Positions 29,854 through 40,033 of a DNA stretch of 64,000 bases are shown piece after piece. The stretch comes from an uncultured Thermoplasmata archaeon (GTDB taxonomy: Archaea; Thermoplasmatota; Thermoplasmata; UBA10834): the NCBI GenBank assembly GCA_963719945.1, contig CAVRDX010000001.1, positions 288,001 to 352,000 on the forward strand, written 5' to 3'. How positions within the stretch are numbered: the first letter of the stretch is position 1; each line of letters opens with the position of its first letter. A model generated the notes under the pieces. The model was not told the DNA's origin. It saw nothing but the letters and a program-made list of their open reading frames with translations, and ran no database searches. The position numbers and the translations under genes were made by a program.

Positions 29854-30959
29854 TCCTCGTCCTCCGCGAAGTATGGCAGACCAATCTCAGCGAGCTTACT
29901 CTTCTTGCTGTCCGACACATCGAGCGCGTTCACGTACTGCTGGAATTCGTGGGAGAGTGATCCGATGTGCCCTCCTGAGACTTCGCGGAGTTCCTCGGTC
30001 TCAGCCCTTTCCACTTTCAGTTCGAAATGCATTGCCGCAGAACCAAGTTTTCTGACAGTCGCGACCTCCAAAGCTCTATATGCATCTGGTCGGACCTTGC
30101 TCACGGTGAGCCTCACGATCTTGTCATCGATTGAGGATGCGCTGATTCTCTCCCTAGCCTCCTTCAATATCTCCGATGAGGTGAGCTCCGATGCGTCTAT
30201 CGATTGGATGTCGATCATATCTCTTGTTGTCAACTCGTGGAAAATAGTCTTGTCATCGTCAAGGTCCACTTCGATAATGCCCTTCTTCTGGCCGACCTCG
30301 CCAAAGCCTAGTCTCTCGGTCGATCCGGAATAGTACATTCTCTTCCTTACCTCTGTATATCTGTGGAAATGTCCCAATGCGACATAATCGAAATCTCTCG
30401 ATATGGAAGATGCTGGCACGTCCTGTTCGTTGAACTCATCCATCTTGTAGGTGTTAGATCCAAGTATGCCTCCATGGAGGACGAGCACGTTGTACTTCGT
30501 ATCTCCTGACGGAGTGGCATTCGAGATGAACTCGTGCATCGGTGGTGCGACCGAGTGGGGAACTGCATGGACCGTCAGATCGTCCTTCACGATTTTCTGA
30601 AGTCCTGGTTGGTGGACTGAATGCACGTGGTCCAGGTGTTCGAATATTCTGAAAATGTTGCCCGTCTCCCTCAGTCTCGGTGTGGAATGGTTGCCGGAGA
30701 TTAGCACGGTCTTTATCTTCTCGTCGGATAGTCTGATGAGTTGCTTGAGCGCGAAATCAATTGCTCTGTTCTGCGGCCTGACCGTATCGAAGAGGTCACC
30801 TGCGTGGATGACGATATCAGGACGGATCTCTATCGCCTTATCAATGGCCTGTCGAAATGAATCGTAGAAATCCGCCTCTCGCTGGTTGATCCCTTGTGAA
30901 TCGACTTTCGAATAAGCGCCGTACCCTAGGTGAGTATCTGAGATGTGCAGTATCCTCAA
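29850..30959 (-). CDS. mre11: Mre11/SbcD nuclease
   Basis: SDTHLG, AGDLFD, GNHS, LHG, ALGHFH, YSGS; 4-nt overlap with rad50. Confidence 0.93.
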   Translation of the reverse strand: MRILHISDTHLGYGAYSKVDSQGINQREADFYDSFRQAIDKAIEIRPDIVIHAGDLFDTVRPQNRAIDFALKQLIRLSDEKIKTVLISGNHSTPRLRETGNIFRIFEHLDHVHSVHQPGLQKIVKDDLTVHAVPHSVAPPMHEFISNATPSGDTKYNVLVLHGGILGSNTYKMDEFNEQDVPASSISRDFDYVALGHFHRYTEVRKRMYYSGSTERLGFGEVGQKKGIIEVDLDDDKTIFHELTTRDMIDIQSIDASELTSSEILKEARERISASSIDDKIVRLTVSKVRPDAYRALEVATVRKLGSAAMHFELKVERAETEELREVSGGHIGSLSHEFQQYVNALDVSDSKKSKLAEIGLPYFAEDEE

Positions 30960-32800
30960 TCTTTCTCACGCTCCATGGCGGCAATGATCTCGGATATCTC
31001 GGCCAATTCCTTGGACGATGCCGAATCGTGGGCCGACCGGTCCGTCCTTGCGAAGACCTCACACATCTTGTGGTTGACAGTCTGGACTGAATTCCAAAGT
31101 GCGACGAGGACTACCGTGATCATGCCAAGTACCAGGATATAGAACAATATGTTCTCCTTGACGACAGAATGCACTATTGGCGATATGATCACGAATCCGA
31201 CTGCGAGATACAAACCGAGCATAGTCCATCGGAGGGCTTTTGCAGTAGCTTGGTACCCCATCTCCTCACCGGACTGTGTTCCGAGCATAGCCTCACTCGT
31301 CGACACCTCAACGAATCTGATCGTCCTGACCCAGGTGTTGTACATGGCTGGGACAATGAGCACTATGGATACGGTGACTGCCAATAGCGTCAGGAGGTCC
31401 GCCCGTCCTCCGACCAGGTATGCATAATCTTCCGTTCGCTGGACGAAACTGCCAAGGCCTACTAGGACAGAGATGACAATCACTATGTTAACAAGGATGC
31501 TCGAGATGTTGTTCCTCATCTCGTTTGATATCTTCCGGGAGGATCGTGAGCGTCTCCTGAGGTTCCTCATGACCAGATTCAGATAGGATGCGAGGACCAC
31601 CAGAGACCTTGGTGTCTTGGTCTCTATCGCTCTGATTATCCCCTCTGTGGATTTGACGCTGTATGGCACGATCAAGGCAGTGATGGTGGTCACTACGACT
31701 ATCATGGGGTACAGATCGGGGCGGATGTTCGGGTTCGTCGCTGCGACCGCTGCGATCATGAGGGAGAATTCTCCGATCGCGACCATGCTCAATCCCGCAC
31801 CTATCGCATTCCTGGCACCGAATCCTGCTGCAAATGTGGATAGTGTGCATGAGAACAGTTTTGCCAGGATGAAGACCACGGTTATTATGACAACTGGGAT
31901 GATGAATGTGGATGGATTGGAGAGTACATCGAGCTCCATCAACATCCCTATGGCGAGTATGCCTATTGTTATGAAGAATATGGCTCCGAAGATATCCCTG
32001 ACCGGCTCCACCTTCCTCATGACATCCGATGCAAATCTGGATTCAGATATGAGCACGCCCATGACGAATGCCCCGATGGCTTCTGAGAATCCGATGGCTA
32101 TGGAGAAGTATGCCATGGCGAAACAGAGCCCTAACACGGTGACTATGAGGAGTTCACCGGAACGCTGCTTTCCAATGTAATCGACCAGGCGCGGGACCAC
32201 CGCAAGCCCGAATACGAATGCGGCGGCCACGAACACACCCATCTTCAGGAGCAATCCTCCGAGTTGTCCTGGATTGATACCGCCGGACGATACCAATCCA
32301 GACACGGCTGCAAGTATCAATACGGCGGCGAAATCCTCCACGATAAGCAAACCCATGACGAGTCTGGCCCGCTCCTTGTCCAGCCCTCCGCTCTCCATGA
32401 GCGCCCGAACGATTATCATCGTAGACCCGACTGACAGGATAGCACCCAACAGAGTCGCTTCGAGAGAAGTCCAGCCCAGAGTTAGGCCTAGCTGGAATCC
32501 GAATCCTATCATGAGCAGTATCTCAATGGTGGCGGCCACTATCACGGTTATACCGAGCGCCCTCAGCTTCTTGAAGTTGAATTCGAGCCCTATTGAGAAT
32601 GTGATTAAGATGATGCCCAGTCTTGCCAGAAGCTCGACGGACTCTCTTGAAGAAGTCACAAAGGGGCCGACGAGTATTCCTGCCAGAAGATATCCGAGAA
32701 TGAGGGGTTGTTTGAACCTGTGGAAGAGGACTATGATGACTGCAGCAACCGCTATGACGAGCGCCATGCTCATTACGAACTCTGTCTGCAAGTCTGCCAT
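30956..32800 (-). CDS. CPA2 family cation:proton antiporter
   Basis: KQPLILGYLLAGILVGP, FSIGLEF, LIVEDF, IGAFVMG, FGAIFF, IGEFS. Confidence 0.9.
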   Translation of the reverse strand: MADLQTEFVMSMALVIAVAAVIIVLFHRFKQPLILGYLLAGILVGPFVTSSRESVELLARLGIILITFSIGLEFNFKKLRALGITVIVAATIEILLMIGFGFQLGLTLGWTSLEATLLGAILSVGSTMIIVRALMESGGLDKERARLVMGLLIVEDFAAVLILAAVSGLVSSGGINPGQLGGLLLKMGVFVAAAFVFGLAVVPRLVDYIGKQRSGELLIVTVLGLCFAMAYFSIAIGFSEAIGAFVMGVLISESRFASDVMRKVEPVRDIFGAIFFITIGILAIGMLMELDVLSNPSTFIIPVVIITVVFILAKLFSCTLSTFAAGFGARNAIGAGLSMVAIGEFSLMIAAVAATNPNIRPDLYPMIVVVTTITALIVPYSVKSTEGIIRAIETKTPRSLVVLASYLNLVMRNLRRRSRSSRKISNEMRNNISSILVNIVIVISVLVGLGSFVQRTEDYAYLVGGRADLLTLLAVTVSIVLIVPAMYNTWVRTIRFVEVSTSEAMLGTQSGEEMGYQATAKALRWTMLGLYLAVGFVIISPIVHSVVKENILFYILVLGMITVVLVALWNSVQTVNHKMCEVFARTDRSAHDSASSKELAEISEIIAAMEREKD

Positions 32801-33014
32801 GATGACTGCACCGCTGCATTGAGCCCTGTCCCGGTCAAGCTCGAGGCATCCCTGTTCAGCCTTCCCGGTCCTCCCCATATTCAGAGCAATAGATGCTCTG
32901 GCATCACTGATATGGGTTTGATTACTTAAGCTTGGTTCTTGCCCATAGTACGCCTGGAGCGACTACTAATGATGAGTTCGAACATGAAAGGTTAAAATCC
33001 GAATAGGTTCATCA

Positions 33015-33941
33015 ATGGTCTGGATGGCGGATAGGTTAAGGTTCTCTCAATTCCCAGATGGACAAGATGTCCGAACAAAGCTTTTCGGTCTTGGGAGTGC
33101 TGGATGCAACATGGTAGAGCCTGCTCCATACCCCAAGGTTGCTATATCCACATCGAGTGCTGACCTGGATCGCTCGGGTGCGGAGAGAAGAGTCCTTCTT
33201 GGCCAGGATCGTTTGGTCGGAGCATATCACACCGATCGATCCGTACTGAAACAGATGCCGTCGATAGTCGGACATGAGGTGATGGATGTGTTCAACAACA
33301 CCGATCTGGCATTCTTGATGTGCGGCCTCGGGGGCATCAGTGGGAGTCTCGGGACGAAGGTCTTCTCGACACTCGCTCAGTCAAAAGGGATTCTTGAGGT
33401 CATTCTGGCTGCGACACCGTTCTCCGCGGAGAGCACCAGGAGACGGGAGTTTGCCAAACGGATCCTCGGGGAGCTGCTCGAAACATCCACAGTCTGCATC
33501 GAGTTCGGGAACGACCAGCTGTCCACTCTGGCGCCGAACGTGCCTTTGTCAAAAGCCTTCTCGTTGATGAACAGTATCATGCTCCGACCAGTCATGGAAT
33601 TGTGCGCAACGACATCGAAATTGGACATGGGTCCGCTCGGACGGGTCATCGGTGATTCATCATATGGACGGTTCGGACTAGGCATGGCGCGCGGCGATGA
33701 GCGTGTCGAACGCGTTGTCAACGAAGCGCTCAGTTCGCCTTGGTTCGACTACGATCTCGCAGAGACCGATGCTGGCATCGTGATCTATTCATCTTCAGAT
33801 CCATGGGAAAAGGAAATGGAGTCAATCTTGGGTTCACTGGATTCTCATCTACCTCGTTGCCGCATGATCTGCGGATCATATGCTGATCCTGCTCTTGGTG
33901 ACCGGATAAGAGTGAGTCTGATTCTCTGCCGCACGCTCTGA
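33015..33941 (+). CDS. Divergent FtsZ/tubulin-family protein
   Basis: GLGSAGCNM, CGLGGISGSLG, PFSAE..RR, GNDQL, KAFSLMN, EALSSPW, C-terminal DRIRVSLI. Confidence 0.85.
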   Translation: MVWMADRLRFSQFPDGQDVRTKLFGLGSAGCNMVEPAPYPKVAISTSSADLDRSGAERRVLLGQDRLVGAYHTDRSVLKQMPSIVGHEVMDVFNNTDLAFLMCGLGGISGSLGTKVFSTLAQSKGILEVILAATPFSAESTRRREFAKRILGELLETSTVCIEFGNDQLSTLAPNVPLSKAFSLMNSIMLRPVMELCATTSKLDMGPLGRVIGDSSYGRFGLGMARGDERVERVVNEALSSPWFDYDLAETDAGIVIYSSSDPWEKEMESILGSLDSHLPRCRMICGSYADPALGDRIRVSLILCRTL

Positions 33942-33966
33942 AGTCTTTTCGTCTCACCCAACATCG

Positions 33967-34461
33967 TCATTCAAGTAATGGGAATCTCTGCACCAATGGG
34001 GTTCTGCTCCACCATCCGCCCAAGCCAATCCATTTGCCAGGCTGCACAAAGGCTATGCCGAGCAGTATGATCATGTATATTATGTGGTCATCCAGAATTG
34101 GATTGTTCTCTGGCGGCAGATTTGAGGACCACATGGTGATCATCAAGATTGCTCCGCCAAATCCTGCAATCTGATTTGCGAATCCGAGAATAAGAGCGAT
34201 TCCCAGAAGGAGAACCGCTGTCATGAAGACTAGGTCCACTATGGTATTCCCTGCGAGTCCTTCATAGAACCCGCTCAGCGGGCCAGAAGTCGCATAGCTC
34301 AAGAATCCTGTGGTTGGTGATCCACCATTTATCCATGAGCTTTCGGAAGACGTGGAATATCCTAGTCCGAACAACTTGTCAATGAATGCCCATAGGAATA
34401 TCCAACCCAGACCTATCCGAGCAGATGCCCAGACATATTGTTCCTTAGTCAACCTCTCCAT
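33967..34461 (-). CDS. DoxX/DoxD family membrane protein
   Basis: RIGLGWIFLWAFIDKLFG, WINGGSPT.GFL, NNPILDDHIIY. Confidence 0.85.
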   Translation of the reverse strand: MERLTKEQYVWASARIGLGWIFLWAFIDKLFGLGYSTSSESSWINGGSPTTGFLSYATSGPLSGFYEGLAGNTIVDLVFMTAVLLLGIALILGFANQIAGFGGAILMITMWSSNLPPENNPILDDHIIYMIILLGIAFVQPGKWIGLGGWWSRTPLVQRFPLLE

Positions 34462-34740
34462 CGTCGAAACACCTCGGGCAATAACGCCGTTATCTTGATT
34501 GGTGTCAGGATAATATTAAACTATCTCCGAATCACAGAGCATGTCACGAATTCCGTTTTGCTCAATTCGAAAAGTCTGTGGCAATTGTGCTCTTCGATGC
34601 ATAATTTCGGTTGATGTGAGAATAATCTTTCTAATCATGAACCGAAAATGACTTAGTAGATGGGATGGATGTCTTTGATGCGCCAGTACTATGAATCCGA
34701 TGGTCAAAATTCCCTTTTCTTTTAGGGAAAGGATTGCCTA

Positions 34741-36306
34741 TTGGCGCAAGTGTGGAGGGGAATCGTGAAAGCAATTAGAATAAGCGCTGCATTGGTACTG
34801 GTCGCGGTCGTATTGTCTGCGATGGCAGTTCCAATGATTGCGAAGAATGATGGTGGAGGCGGAAAGTCTGAGACAACGGTCTTGTACCTGAGTGGAACAC
34901 CTCGTGAGATGGGTCTTCAATATGGTGCGATGGCCAAAGACGCGATCGTGAGCAATGTGGCCCAGTTCTGGGATTGGGTTTCTGCGAATGGATTGTCGCA
35001 GCAAGCATTGATTGCGGATGCATTGGCGGATGAGGTGTACCTTACATCTGCGGTGATCGACGAACTGAAAGGTATGTCAAAGACGTCGGGAGTTTCATAC
35101 AACGATCTATTGACATTCAACAAGTACGGAAATGACGATTACGAACAGAAAGCATGCACCTGCTTCGCGGCTGCTGGTAGCGGAACAACTGATGGCGTGC
35201 CTATCACGTCAAAGAACCGGGATCAGAACAACATGCAGGTCCTCTTGCTCGTTGCTCCGGATTCTGGATACAAGTTCATCGGCATGATGTCCGCCGGTGC
35301 TGTCGGTATCTCTCAGGGTATCAATGAGATGGGTCTGTCTATTGGCCACACATGGATGCCAGTTCCTGAATACTATGACCCGGGCTATGCTCCGTTCGTC
35401 GTAAACCAGATGGTGATGGAGCAGTGTGCGGATGTGACTGAGGCTATCGCTCTGATAGGCGAGGTCCCGAAAGCCGAGGGTGCGACATTCATATTGTCTG
35501 ATGCGTCCATAGCGGCCTTCGTCGAGACCGTTCCATCCGTGATCAATACACCTGACACTGTGTACCAGATCATAACGGATGGAGCATATGTCCACACCAA
35601 CCACTATGTCATGGAACCTTTTTATTCATGGGTATTGGATGGTTCATTCCGCTACTTCTGGACGCCATCGGTGGCGAGATATGATCGTGGATTGGAGCTA
35701 TTGGCCGAGAATCCCGTCCTTGATGTCCAGACGGTGATGAGCTTTACAAGGGACCTCGAGAACTTCGGGAACCCCAACACGAATGCAGTGAAGGATGCGC
35801 ATCCCGAGATTCCGGAAGACTGCTGGTGGGATGGATGGCCTGGATTCTCCATCTCAAACGCAAGGACTGTGAGCGCTTCGGTATTCCGTTCTGATCCCGT
35901 CAACTCGGAAGAGATGTCTGTGATGTGGATGGCGATAAACGGTCCTGTGTGGGCACCATATGTTGCATTGCACAATGCAATCCTAAACGAGTTGGACGTT
36001 GCGAGCGTGCTTCTTCAGGATTATGTCACAGGGATTGCCTGGAGCGCAGCATCTCAGCTTAGGAGCAGCGGGCTCTATGAGTGGGGCGATCTGGTTCCAG
36101 TCTACGAGCAGTGGGAGATCGAACAGCTCGTCGATGTGATTGCCAGCGAGGATGAGGCAAGAACTCTGATATCCAACGGAGAGATGGATTCGGCTTGCCT
36201 GTTGCTTACAGTCACAGATGGCGGAATAGCCCAAGCTGCGGTCGAGTTGATGCAGAGCCTGCTAGAGTCACCATTGTCAATGGAACTCATTGCAGTGCCA
36301 CAGTGA
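34741..36306 (+). CDS. Secreted C45 family Ntn-hydrolase / peptidase
   Basis: Signal peptide, GTPREMGLQYG, ELKGMS, ACT autocleavage Cys, KNRD, GINEMG, HTNHY. Confidence 0.85.
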   Translation: MAQVWRGIVKAIRISAALVLVAVVLSAMAVPMIAKNDGGGGKSETTVLYLSGTPREMGLQYGAMAKDAIVSNVAQFWDWVSANGLSQQALIADALADEVYLTSAVIDELKGMSKTSGVSYNDLLTFNKYGNDDYEQKACTCFAAAGSGTTDGVPITSKNRDQNNMQVLLLVAPDSGYKFIGMMSAGAVGISQGINEMGLSIGHTWMPVPEYYDPGYAPFVVNQMVMEQCADVTEAIALIGEVPKAEGATFILSDASIAAFVETVPSVINTPDTVYQIITDGAYVHTNHYVMEPFYSWVLDGSFRYFWTPSVARYDRGLELLAENPVLDVQTVMSFTRDLENFGNPNTNAVKDAHPEIPEDCWWDGWPGFSISNARTVSASVFRSDPVNSEEMSVMWMAINGPVWAPYVALHNAILNELDVASVLLQDYVTGIAWSAASQLRSSGLYEWGDLVPVYEQWEIEQLVDVIASEDEARTLISNGEMDSACLLLTVTDGGIAQAAVELMQSLLESPLSMELIAVPQ

Positions 36307-36481
36307 AACAGGGCGCATCCCTGGTCACGAACCAAACCCTTTATCCTTCAATATTTTCAAGGCTAGTGCTATTAGTTCGAAGAATGAACCAAAACCGGCT
36401 TCTAATACTTGATTCAATTAATTCTGGGGAATCCGACCGGGAAGACCGGCGAGGGTCTACCCGCTTTTTCTATTAATTGGT

Positions 36482-36979
36482 TCAGTGGAACTCTTCGAAG
36501 GAGACGATTTCATCGAAGTTCTTCCTCTTGCGGGCGATCTTGTGGTCTCCTTTGGGATAACCGATGGCAAGCATGGCCACTATCGCATATTCTTCTGGAG
36601 CCTTGATGGCGGCTTTGACTGCATCTTCATCAAAGCTGCCGATCCAGCAGCTGCCCACCCCATCAGCCGTGGCTTGAGTGACCATATTCTGCAGAGCGAT
36701 CGTGACATCCACAGTATACCATTCAGGAGATCGCTTCTTATTCCCGCATCCCACGATTACTACAGGACACTCGGTCAAGAATTTGGCATATCTTCCGTGA
36801 GATAGTGCCTTTCTTATCTGTTGGTCACGCACGACCACGAATTTCCATGGTTGGTAGTTCATGGCAGAGGGCGCGATCCGTCCAGCTTCGAGTATCCTTC
36901 GGAGTGCCTCCTCAGGTATCTCCTTCGAGTCATATTCTCGGATGGATATTCTCTTGTTGATTGGGTCAATCAGATTCAT
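36482..36979 (-). CDS. Nitroreductase family protein
   Basis: RISIREY, APSAMNYQPW, GSCWIG, IGYP. Confidence 0.93.
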   Translation of the reverse strand: MNLIDPINKRISIREYDSKEIPEEALRRILEAGRIAPSAMNYQPWKFVVVRDQQIRKALSHGRYAKFLTECPVVIVGCGNKKRSPEWYTVDVTIALQNMVTQATADGVGSCWIGSFDEDAVKAAIKAPEEYAIVAMLAIGYPKGDHKIARKRKNFDEIVSFEEFH

Positions 36980-37105
36980 GATAATCCCTCTCTCATGGGC
37001 ATCATGCGTTAATTAGCCTTGTGGAATCGTCAGTTCGATTGATGCTGAGGCGCCGTCAGTTATTCATGAGAGTTCACGCATTATCCCAACATCGGAGGAC
37101 CGTGT

Positions 37106-37822
37106 TTGGCCGATGCACTATCAATCGCCGACTTGGAGCGAATGAGAGTCGGTGAACCATTCTTCAGCAGAAAGAATCGAGTGTTCAGAGTGAATCTTGA
37201 AGGAAGGATATGCGTGGCCAAGGTCTCTGGACCAGGACGGGAGAACCTGATTGCACACGAATATGAAGTCCTGTGCAAATGCAGACGGTATGGAGTACCT
37301 GTTCCTGAGCCTATCATGCAATTGAAGGATGCATTCATCATGAGCGCTGTTGACGGAGATAATGCGTCCGAGGTCTTTGATTCATGTTTCGAAATCTCGA
37401 GTAATAGTGCAGGTGATACGAAATTGGGCCAACTTGCCGATCATGTCGCATCTTGGCTCTACTCTTTTCATAAAGCGTTCGATTTCGAATATATCAGAGG
37501 CGATTCGATACTTCGCAATTTCATCGAAGTTCCAGGAGGACTGGTCGGGATTGATCTCGAGGAGTCCCATGAAGGCGACCCGATTGAAGATCTGGGGCAA
37601 GTATGCGCGTACATCATAGCCACAAGACCAATGTTCATTGATGCGAAGTTCGATTTCGCAAGGGCAATAGTTGCTGAGTATGAGGATAGAAGCAAGAGTG
37701 ACATTAGGTTGAAACTACCACGTTCTGTGTCTTGTGCGCTGAGGTATTATGGTGGGTTCAGGAGTGATTGCGCGCTGATGTGCGAATGGGCGGACCGGAT
37801 AGCCTCCTGGAGCAAATTCTAG
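37106..37822 (+). CDS. Protein kinase-like phosphotransferase (Bud32/RIO/APH superfamily)
   Basis: VAK, E..VL, GVPVPEP, RGDSILRNF, IDLEE, EDLG. Confidence 0.75.
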   Translation: MADALSIADLERMRVGEPFFSRKNRVFRVNLEGRICVAKVSGPGRENLIAHEYEVLCKCRRYGVPVPEPIMQLKDAFIMSAVDGDNASEVFDSCFEISSNSAGDTKLGQLADHVASWLYSFHKAFDFEYIRGDSILRNFIEVPGGLVGIDLEESHEGDPIEDLGQVCAYIIATRPMFIDAKFDFARAIVAEYEDRSKSDIRLKLPRSVSCALRYYGGFRSDCALMCEWADRIASWSKF

Positions 37823-38568
37823 ATGTGTATGATCGAATCGATCTCATAGCATCTGGAGAAATATATGATGGCAATAGCCAGCGCAATGGTTGATATCACC
37901 AGCAAGATATCCCATGCAGTCATTCTGAGTGGCTTGAGCAATGTCCGTTTCGGGTACGCGCCGAATCCCCTGCCCGTCATGGATGCCGCAAGAGTGTTGA
38001 CCTTGGACATCGCTGAGATCAGCATCGGCATGGTTGTATATCTTGCAGCTCTGAAGATACCCTTGATGCTCTTGTCCAATTTCATGCCTCTGGTGACCTG
38101 AGCTTCGCGAACTGCACTCAGTTCCATCTGGAAGACAGGGACGAATCTCATAGCCAATGCTGGTAGGTAGGCGAACCTGTAGGGGGCTCCCGAACTTATG
38201 AGCGCAGAGGAGAAATCAGAGGCTCTTGTCGTAGCGACGAATATCCATGACATCGTGATCAAAGCCATGAATCTTCCCGCTATCAACACTCCTGTTTCTA
38301 TTCCTCCCCAATTGACATCAAGGAACAGTATTCTCAGGGCGACTTCTCCGGAATGGTTGAATATCACTTGAGCGAGGAAAATAGCGAATGCGAACCACAT
38401 GACCCCTTTTGTGAAGGTGCTTCTGGCATTTGTGAATACCTTGGCCAATATCACCACAGCCACAAACATAACCATGTACGCAGGATCTGAGATCTGGAAG
38501 ACCATGACCGATAGCACTATCAGGGTGAGGAATTTGGCCAAAGGATTGACGGCGTGAGGTCTACCCAT
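37819..38568 (-). CDS. ecfT: ECF transporter T component
   Basis: NPLAK, ALAMRFVP, REAQVTRG, ASMTGRGF coupling motifs. Confidence 0.93.
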   Translation of the reverse strand: MGRPHAVNPLAKFLTLIVLSVMVFQISDPAYMVMFVAVVILAKVFTNARSTFTKGVMWFAFAIFLAQVIFNHSGEVALRILFLDVNWGGIETGVLIAGRFMALITMSWIFVATTRASDFSSALISSGAPYRFAYLPALAMRFVPVFQMELSAVREAQVTRGMKLDKSIKGIFRAARYTTMPMLISAMSKVNTLAASMTGRGFGAYPKRTLLKPLRMTAWDILLVISTIALAIAIIYFSRCYEIDSIIHI

Positions 38569-40033
38569 CCATCTTCCCTCCGATTGGCAGGAGTTGCTTC
38601 CATGACTCTTCGGATATTTCTTTTACGGCTCCATCTGCAACTGTCTTTCCGTTCTTCATGATCAGAACGTCTGTGCAGAATCCTCGTGCGAACGCGATGT
38701 CGTGGGTCACGATTATTATTGTCTTGCCAGATCTCTGAAGATTGGCAAGCAATTCCATGATCTTGGACACATTATCCTCGTCCTGTCCTGCGAACGGTTC
38801 GTCCAACAGGAGTATGCTCGGACCATGGGCAGATGCGGATCTGATGTTCACCCTTCTCTTCTGTCCGAAGCTGAGGCATTGAGGATGGACGTATCTTCTG
38901 ACTCCTTCGGCGCCCTCAAAAAACTCAATTGAGTTCTCCGCCTCTTGCATCGATGTGCCAAAGTTCTGAGGTCCGAACTTGATCTCCTTCTCGACAGTCT
39001 TCTCGAACATCTGGTGATTCGGATTCTGGAAGACCAATCCGATGTCTCTCCCCAGTACCCATGGCTCGACAGGGTTATTCTTGGTTATACGATGATTCTT
39101 GAATTCTATCGAACCTGAGGATACCTTGATTAGCCCCATGATATGTTTCAGCAGAGTCGTCTTCCCTGAGCCGTTCTCTCCCATAAGCGCGACCACTGCT
39201 CCATCCGTCACCGTGAATTCGACATCTTCCAGTATTCTTTTCTCCCCAATCTGATAATTGAGGCCATTCACCGTAAGAATGGTTCCATTCCTTGGGACGA
39301 CCTCTGGATAAATGCGCGCCTCTTTTAGTGATCTGCAGATATCCGCGAACTTCAGGTCTTCAGCAGTGCAATCATGCGATATTTTGCCCCTATCCATAAC
39401 GATGATCCGAGTCGCCATATCCATGAATTCATGGACTCGGTGCTCCACGACAACTACTGTCATCTTCCTTACGGTTCTGAGCTTCTCGATGGCTAATACG
39501 ACTTCAGCAACGGACTTCGGGTCAAGGCTTGATGTCGGCTCATCAAGTATCAATATCTTCGGATCGAGCGCGAGCATGGACGCTATGGCTACCTTCTGCT
39601 TCTCCCCTCCCGATAGAGTGGATATGTCTCGATCTATCAGGTGAGAAGCATTGACTGATTCCAGCGTTTCGTGGACTTTCTGCCGGATATCTTCTTCCCT
39701 GAATCTAAAATTCTCAAGGCCGAAGGCAATTTCTTCTTCGACCGTTTCGGTGCAGAACTGGGTCTCTGGATCCTGTTGCACCATTGCTATGAATCGTGCA
39801 GTATCAATTGGATCGACCAGCTCATCTCCATCTATTCTGATCGAGCCGGATAGTTCTGCGGGTATGATCTCAGGTATGAATCTGCATACGGCCTGCATGG
39901 CAGTCGATTTCCCAGATGCGCTATTGCCAGCTAGCACGACGAACTCGCCGTGTCCTATTGAGAATGATATATCTTGGACGGCAAGTATTGACCTATTCTC
40001 ATACCTGACGCACAGGTGCGATACTTCGAGCAT
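38561..40033 (-). CDS. ECF transporter fused A-A' ATPase
   Basis: Two cassettes: GNSASGKS/QDPETQF/LSGGE/LDEP and GENGSGKT/FQNP/LSFGQ/LDEP. Confidence 0.93.
   Translation of the reverse strand: MLEVSHLCVRYENRSILAVQDISFSIGHGEFVVLAGNSASGKSTAMQAVCRFIPEIIPAELSGSIRIDGDELVDPIDTARFIAMVQQDPETQFCTETVEEEIAFGLENFRFREEDIRQKVHETLESVNASHLIDRDISTLSGGEKQKVAIASMLALDPKILILDEPTSSLDPKSVAEVVLAIEKLRTVRKMTVVVVEHRVHEFMDMATRIIVMDRGKISHDCTAEDLKFADICRSLKEARIYPEVVPRNGTILTVNGLNYQIGEKRILEDVEFTVTDGAVVALMGENGSGKTTLLKHIMGLIKVSSGSIEFKNHRITKNNPVEPWVLGRDIGLVFQNPNHQMFEKTVEKEIKFGPQNFGTSMQEAENSIEFFEGAEGVRRYVHPQCLSFGQKRRVNIRSASAHGPSILLLDEPFAGQDEDNVSKIMELLANLQRSGKTIIIVTHDIAFARGFCTDVLIMKNGKTVADGAVKEISEESWKQLLPIGGKMDG

Noticed and set aside
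27430-30959. SMC-based defence system (Wadjet/Lamassu)
   Set aside because: Zinc hook CPTC and adjacent Mre11/SbcD nuclease indicate an ordinary repair complex
36421-36475. Hairpins with gggaag as a cobalamin riboswitch
   Set aside because: Lies between convergent gene ends and lacks the other B12-box elements; more likely a terminator
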